Origin: Minisyncoccia bacterium
GTDB taxonomy: Bacteria > Patescibacteriota > Minisyncoccia > Phycocordibacterales > CALRBL01
Direction of reading: 5' to 3'
DNA length: 60,214 bases
NCBI GenBank assembly: GCA_038230075.1
Contig: JBBRNV010000002.1
Location: 1 to 60,214, forward strand
Position 1 is the stretch's first letter. Each line of letters begins with the position of its first letter. Made by a program: the position numbers and the translations under genes. The notes beneath the pieces are model-generated. The model was not told the DNA's origin. It saw only the letters and a list, made by a program, of their open reading frames with translations, and did no database searches. Below are positions 56,144 through 60,214 of the stretch, in pieces.

Positions 56144-56992
56144 ATGAGTATATCTCAAAATAAAGATCGAAAGAAAGTGAATAATGGGCAAACGTGGATT
56201 GTCTTGAAATGGTCTTTTTTTCTAGCAATTATTGTGGCTCTAATTATTGGTTTTTTGCTGTATAAGAATTATATGGATCATCGATGTGACAATCTTTGTG
56301 TGACTATGTTTAACAATAGAAATGTTCCTGTTTTGTTTGAATTTGGAACGACTCGGGTGTTAGTTGGAGCTGGTACAAACGATGGAACATTTATTAGTCA
56401 GTTGGGAAAAAGACTTCCATTCTATACAAAGTCACTTGATATGTTTATTCAGCTGGATACAAGTACTTCTTCGGTGATTGCCACTAACGACTTGCTGCAG
56501 AAGTATTCATTTGAGAATATTGCGACCTCGTCTGATAGTGTTTCTTTCATTGTCGATAAATTTTCAGTAACGTGGAAGTCATTTCAAACAAAGGGTTCGA
56601 GAAAAGGAATTACATTTAAACCAAAGCATGTGCTTGAGGTCGATGTCTTAGAAAGTCGTTTTATTTTTGATATTGATACAACTCTGTCTCAGAAAGATAT
56701 TGGGTGGGGAAGCGATGCGTCTACGTCATCAATTGGAATGGTGTTTCTTAAAAATTTTCCCATCACACCGAAACAAGAAGAACATATTCAAAACTTTCTT
56801 ATACGTACTCCTGCAGAAATCTTTGTCGTGACTTCTGCATCAAGTTCTGCCAAGGTATCTAAAAACAAAAGGTTGCTCGATTTATTGGGAGGGAAGAGTG
56901 TTTTGTTTCCACTCGATTCTCATAACTCAATTACGTGTCGTATAAAAAAAGACCTCACTGAACAGAAACAAAACCGCTTTGAGTGCGGTTAG
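56144..56992 (+). CDS. Degenerate ComEC-type metallo-beta-lactamase-like protein
   Basis: TM then VLVGAG...LGKRLPFYTKSLDMFIQL, resembling the ComEC MBL N-terminus but without HxHxDH. Confidence 0.55.
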   Translation: MSISQNKDRKKVNNGQTWIVLKWSFFLAIIVALIIGFLLYKNYMDHRCDNLCVTMFNNRNVPVLFEFGTTRVLVGAGTNDGTFISQLGKRLPFYTKSLDMFIQLDTSTSSVIATNDLLQKYSFENIATSSDSVSFIVDKFSVTWKSFQTKGSRKGITFKPKHVLEVDVLESRFIFDIDTTLSQKDIGWGSDASTSSIGMVFLKNFPITPKQEEHIQNFLIRTPAEIFVVTSASSSAKVSKNKRLLDLLGGKSVLFPLDSHNSITCRIKKDLTEQKQNRFECG

Positions 56993-57018
56993 TTTTCGAT
57001 CACTCGTTGTGGGTGAGA

Positions 57019-57261
57019 TTAAATAATCCCAGCTTTTTTGAGAGTTGCGTACGCCCCTTTCTTGTGGATTGTCTTGATAGCTTTTGTTGAAAGAGTAAGA
57101 GGAAGAGTTATATCAAGTTCAGGAATATAGATCTTCTTTTTCTGAAGATTAGCATATCGTCGTCGCATTCCTGTAGGGTTGAACTGAGTAGCTCGGGTTC
57201 GGTTAGAATACCCTCCTCCATTAGTGCTGCTTTTTTGTGTTACTGGACAAACTTTTGCCAT
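57019..57261 (-). CDS. rpmB: 50S ribosomal protein L28
   Basis: MAKVCPVT, RRRYANLQ, LTLSTKAIKTI. Confidence 0.92.
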   Translation of the reverse strand: MAKVCPVTQKSSTNGGGYSNRTRATQFNPTGMRRRYANLQKKKIYIPELDITLPLTLSTKAIKTIHKKGAYATLKKAGII

Positions 57262-57394
57262 AAAAATATTAGATTATCTTGTTTTGCTTAGGTTTTGCAT
57301 CCTATCATTACTTCGTATATATGGCAACCCATTTGTTCTCAAAAGGCCCAAGATTATGCTTTTATCAACTTTTGCTATACTTCTATATATACAT

Positions 57395-58018
57395 ATGAAT
57401 ATCGACTCAATTTTTAACATTGTCATCCTTATCTTCTCAGTAGTTATTCATGAGGTATCTCATGGATGGGCCGCTCGAGCACTTGGAGACAAAACGGCAG
57501 AATATGAAGGAAGACTCACTCTTAATCCTCTAAAGCACATTGATCCATTTGGTTCAGTTATTCTTCCTCTTTTGCTGTATCTTTCACATGCAAGTTTTCT
57601 AATCGGTTGGGCAAAACCTGTGCCGTACAATCCTTATAACTTTAGAGAAGAATGGAGGAAGTGGGGAGATGCTGTCGTTGCGCTGGCTGGTCCTGCGTCA
57701 AATATTTTTATTGCACTTCTTTTTGGATTAGGTTTACGATTTCTATATCCAGTTGTTTCTATCTCAGACCAGATAGTGCAAGTTGTAGCTAGTATTGTAT
57801 TTATTAATATTGTACTCGCTCTCTTTAACTTAGTTCCAGTTCCACCACTTGATGGATCAAAAATTCTTTTTGCATTTATTCCTTATAAATATAGAACGTT
57901 TACGTACCAGTTAGAAAGATTTTCACTACCAATTGCGATCATTTTTATGTTTTTTGTTTGGCCACTGATTTCTCCTTACATCATTCACGTTTTTTATTTT
58001 ATTGTTGGGATACAATAG
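57395..58018 (+). CDS. Site-2 protease (M50)
   Basis: HEVSHG, GRLTLNPLKHIDP, AGPASN, FNLVPVPPLDG. Confidence 0.95.
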   Translation: MNIDSIFNIVILIFSVVIHEVSHGWAARALGDKTAEYEGRLTLNPLKHIDPFGSVILPLLLYLSHASFLIGWAKPVPYNPYNFREEWRKWGDAVVALAGPASNIFIALLFGLGLRFLYPVVSISDQIVQVVASIVFINIVLALFNLVPVPPLDGSKILFAFIPYKYRTFTYQLERFSLPIAIIFMFFVWPLISPYIIHVFYFIVGIQ

Positions 58019-58112
58019 TTTCTTTACAGAAGGAATATTCGGTGGTTTAATCATTTTGAACTTAGTCAGCCTATTCCGAGGCTTCAACCAAACGGAAATT
58101 AGTAATATTGCC

Positions 58113-58535
58113 ATGAAAACAAGCACAGTGTTCGACTTGATTGGTCTTTGTGCCACGATCCTTGGTGTGATCGCTCTCATTGCCACCTTTTACTTCTGGG
58201 ACCAGGAGGCATCACACTTTCTCTTCCCGATCGGCCTTAGCCTACTCCTCGTCGGCTCGACCCTGATCTGGTTCGGCGAGTTCTACAAATGGGAAAAGAA
58301 TCTCGATCACCTCTCCGAGGTTTTTGCTACACTAGCGAGCATGTGTGGATTTGTATGCATCGCCTGTTTCTTCTTCGCTTTTCGCGATATGGAAAGCGAC
58401 GACTTTGATTACTACGGTTTCGCCGCGGTTATCGCGCTTGCCGAAGGCTTCGTTTTCCATGTTTGTAGTCGGCCATGTGTTGAACTGGAAAGGCGACAGC
58501 CTCCTCCGAATCTCACGCCAGGTTGCATGAATTAA
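58113..58535 (+). CDS. GC-rich four-TM hypothetical protein
   Basis: Start MKTSTVF; four hydrophobic helices; composition differs from flanks. Confidence 0.6.
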   Translation: MKTSTVFDLIGLCATILGVIALIATFYFWDQEASHFLFPIGLSLLLVGSTLIWFGEFYKWEKNLDHLSEVFATLASMCGFVCIACFFFAFRDMESDDFDYYGFAAVIALAEGFVFHVCSRPCVELERRQPPPNLTPGCMN

Positions 58536-58587
58536 TGACGGCAACCACAAGATCGACTGATCTGCTGGCACTGTTTTGTCACCCAAG

Positions 58588-58616
58588 AAAGGCCACCTCA
58601 CAAGGGAGGCCTTTTT
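58588..58616 (+). terminator. Intrinsic terminator
   Basis: AAAGGCC...GGCCTTT followed by T tract. Confidence 0.7.
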
Positions 58617-58803
58617 CTTTTGCCATTTCTTTGTATATATAGTATAGTCGCTGAACGTCATCCGATGGCTTCTGGCTCTAAAAAGCTTGAAAACAGCAGA
58701 TGTCAGTAAATTAATAGTGATGAGCTTAGTAACTAATGGCTGTACTACACAGTCAAAAGTGAAAGAAAGCCTCATCAAATGTTAGAAATAATCACATAGC
58801 AAT

Positions 58804-59223
58804 ATGCCAACAATTAATCAGTTGGTGAAGCGAAGTCGAGATAAGGTTGTCCGAAAGCCAAAAGCTGTCGCCCTTCTTCGAACCTTCAACTCACTTAAGA
58901 ACAAACCTAAGTTTTTCCCATCACCATTTAAACGAGGTGTGTGCGTGAAAGTAACAACAAAGACTCCTAAGAAACCTAATTCAGCTATTCGAAAGATTGC
59001 CCGAGTTCGATTAACAAACGGAATTGAAGTAACAGCCTACATCCCAGGAGAAGGACACAATCTTCAAGAACACTCAGTAGTGCTTCTACGAGGAGGAAAA
59101 GTAAAAGATGTTGGACTTCGGTATACAGTTGTTCGAGGAAAGCTCGATACAGCAGGTGTTGAAAAGCGACGAAAGGGTCGAAGTATGTACGGAAACAAAC
59201 GACCTAAGGCAGCTAAGAAATAA
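58804..59223 (+). CDS. rpsL: 30S ribosomal protein S12
   Basis: [29 protein letters not shown]. Confidence 0.98.
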   Translation: MPTINQLVKRSRDKVVRKPKAVALLRTFNSLKNKPKFFPSPFKRGVCVKVTTKTPKKPNSAIRKIARVRLTNGIEVTAYIPGEGHNLQEHSVVLLRGGKVKDVGLRYTVVRGKLDTAGVEKRRKGRSMYGNKRPKAAKK

Positions 59224-59257
59224 TCAACTCAATCATACTTAATCTAAATGAATCTAT

Positions 59258-59728
59258 ATGCGAAGAAAAATTAAACATCGAAAAGTTGATCTTACCGATG
59301 CAAAATACAATTCAGAAAAGCTCGGAAAGTTTATTAACTACGTTATGCTCTGCGGAAAGAAAACAGTAGCAACACAAATTGTCTACGATGCACTTGAGTT
59401 GATTAAAGATAAAGAGAAAGTAGAAGATCCAATGTTGGTTCTTGATACCGCTCTTAAAAATACAGCTCCTATGATGGAAGTTCGATCACGACGAGTGGGA
59501 GGTGCTAACTATCAGGTTCCTCGAGAAGTTCGATTGGAACGACGAAATTTCCTTTCAATGAAATGGATCATTGATGCCGCGCGATCAAAGAAGGGAATGG
59601 CTATGCACAAGAAACTAGCCGATGAAATTATTGCTGCTTCAAAGAATGAAGGAGAAGCAGTTAAGAAACGAGAAAATACTCACAAGATGGCAGAAGCCAA
59701 CAAGGCCTTTGCTCACTTTGCTTGGTAA
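59258..59728 (+). CDS. rpsG: 30S ribosomal protein S7
   Basis: EVRSRRVGGANYQVP, HKMAEANKAFAHF. Confidence 0.98.
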   Translation: MRRKIKHRKVDLTDAKYNSEKLGKFINYVMLCGKKTVATQIVYDALELIKDKEKVEDPMLVLDTALKNTAPMMEVRSRRVGGANYQVPREVRLERRNFLSMKWIIDAARSKKGMAMHKKLADEIIAASKNEGEAVKKRENTHKMAEANKAFAHFAW

Positions 59729-59734
59729 TATTCA

Positions 59735-59818
59735 AAAAACAAAAAACTTCATGTTTGTCACTAAGTCCTCGTCCTTACGGACTGCGGAATCGTTCCAAAC
59801 ATGAAGTTTTTTGTTTTT
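59735..59818. repeat. Perfect 23-bp inverted repeat enclosing a 38-nt GC-richer core
   Basis: AAAAACAAAAAACTTCATGTTTG ... CAAACATGAAGTTTTTTGTTTTT; inner GTCC-ttac-GGAC. Confidence 0.85.
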
Positions 59819-59948
59819 CTAAGCCATATGAATACAATGAAGTATTTGGTTGTATTTAGTGGTAATTTTGACTACTGTTAGATAAATTGTGTTCTTTACT
59901 TTGTGATGAATACTTCGCCGTAGTTAACCTCAACCAACCACTTTCCGT

Positions 59949-60214
59949 ATGGAGCCATCTATTGAAGTACGACAAATCATCTTGTATTTATTTGACCCTC
60001 GCACGCCAGAGACGGGAGACGACACGTTCGAGCGCATCGTTCACGAATGTGAGTCTAGGGCACTGATTCTTAAAGAAAGCGCGTGGGCAGAGCAGTTCAT
60101 GTATGCAATCGCCGAAGCTATTGGTGTCAGGTGTGACTCGATTTTCAGAGTGTTTAATACAAGCGTCAAAACGTTTAATGTATTAACACTTTCGTGTGGA
60201 GAAAAGATCGTGAA
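59949..60214 (+). CDS. Hypothetical protein, partial, runs off window end
   Basis: Manual translation MEPSIEVRQIILYLFDPRTPETGDDTFERIVHEC...; no stop before the end; not EF-G. Confidence 0.5.
   Translation, partial: MEPSIEVRQIILYLFDPRTPETGDDTFERIVHECESRALILKESAWAEQFMYAIAEAIGVRCDSIFRVFNTSVKTFNVLTLSCGEKIV

Noticed and set aside
58717-58777. Hammerhead ribozyme (GTGATGAG...GAAA)
   Set aside because: Core needs CUGANGA and GAAA directly flanking stem II; neither fits
1090-59804. Many short ORFs in the track overlapping real genes (e.g. 1382-1837, 8662-9306, 17728-18159, 29390-29905, 39748-40116, 58332-58778)
   Set aside because: Antisense or off-frame shadows of well-supported genes with no motifs
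20546-60214. Integron with dispersed cassettes
   Set aside because: No attC-like RYYYAAC/GTTRRRY boundaries at the atypical genes, and no IntI-specific insertion evident in the recombinase
1-60214. CRISPR array, rRNA or IS transposase
   Set aside because: No regularly spaced repeats, rRNA signatures or transposase motifs seen

Overview
60 kb of chromosomal DNA from an AT-rich bacterium, most likely Patescibacteria/CPR (Parcubacteria-like). This is an inference from gene content: VirB4/PrgI/VirB6-like locus, CPR-style minor pilins, RNHCP protein, split ComEC, no obvious Shine-Dalgarno sites; genetic code 11. Layout: (1) 1-12.6 kb, T4SS-like membrane/secretion cluster with no relaxase or coupling protein in view. 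(2) 12.6-34.5 kb, housekeeping genes (rsmA, pcrA, LysM/M23, comM, rpsO, xer, xth, cca, four tRNAs, HU, rny, clpP, rsmE, tig, ppa, nusA) plus a TrmB/orphan solute-binding-protein pair. (3) 34.6-48.3 kb, surface/adhesion locus: FN3-repeat protein, S74-chaperone spike protein, Cys-rich partner, a GC-rich PEP-CTERM gene, then pilB, pilC and three large minor pilins. (4) 48.3-60.2 kb, tpiA, pgk, HIT, recJ, rnhA, comEC split by sod, rpmB, M50 protease, rpsL-rpsG. Most notable: the spike/PEP-CTERM/type IV pilus locus, the T4SS-like cluster, -10 boxes 6-7 nt upstream of many start codons (leaderless mRNAs), conserved operons interrupted by single genes, altered core proteins (trigger factor lacking FKBP, S12 lacking P90, RNase H with C-terminal hybrid-binding domain, degenerate ComEC MBL domain), A73 in both tRNA-Gly, and several long intergenic inverted repeats. 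All family calls are from motif recognition by eye; no searches were run.
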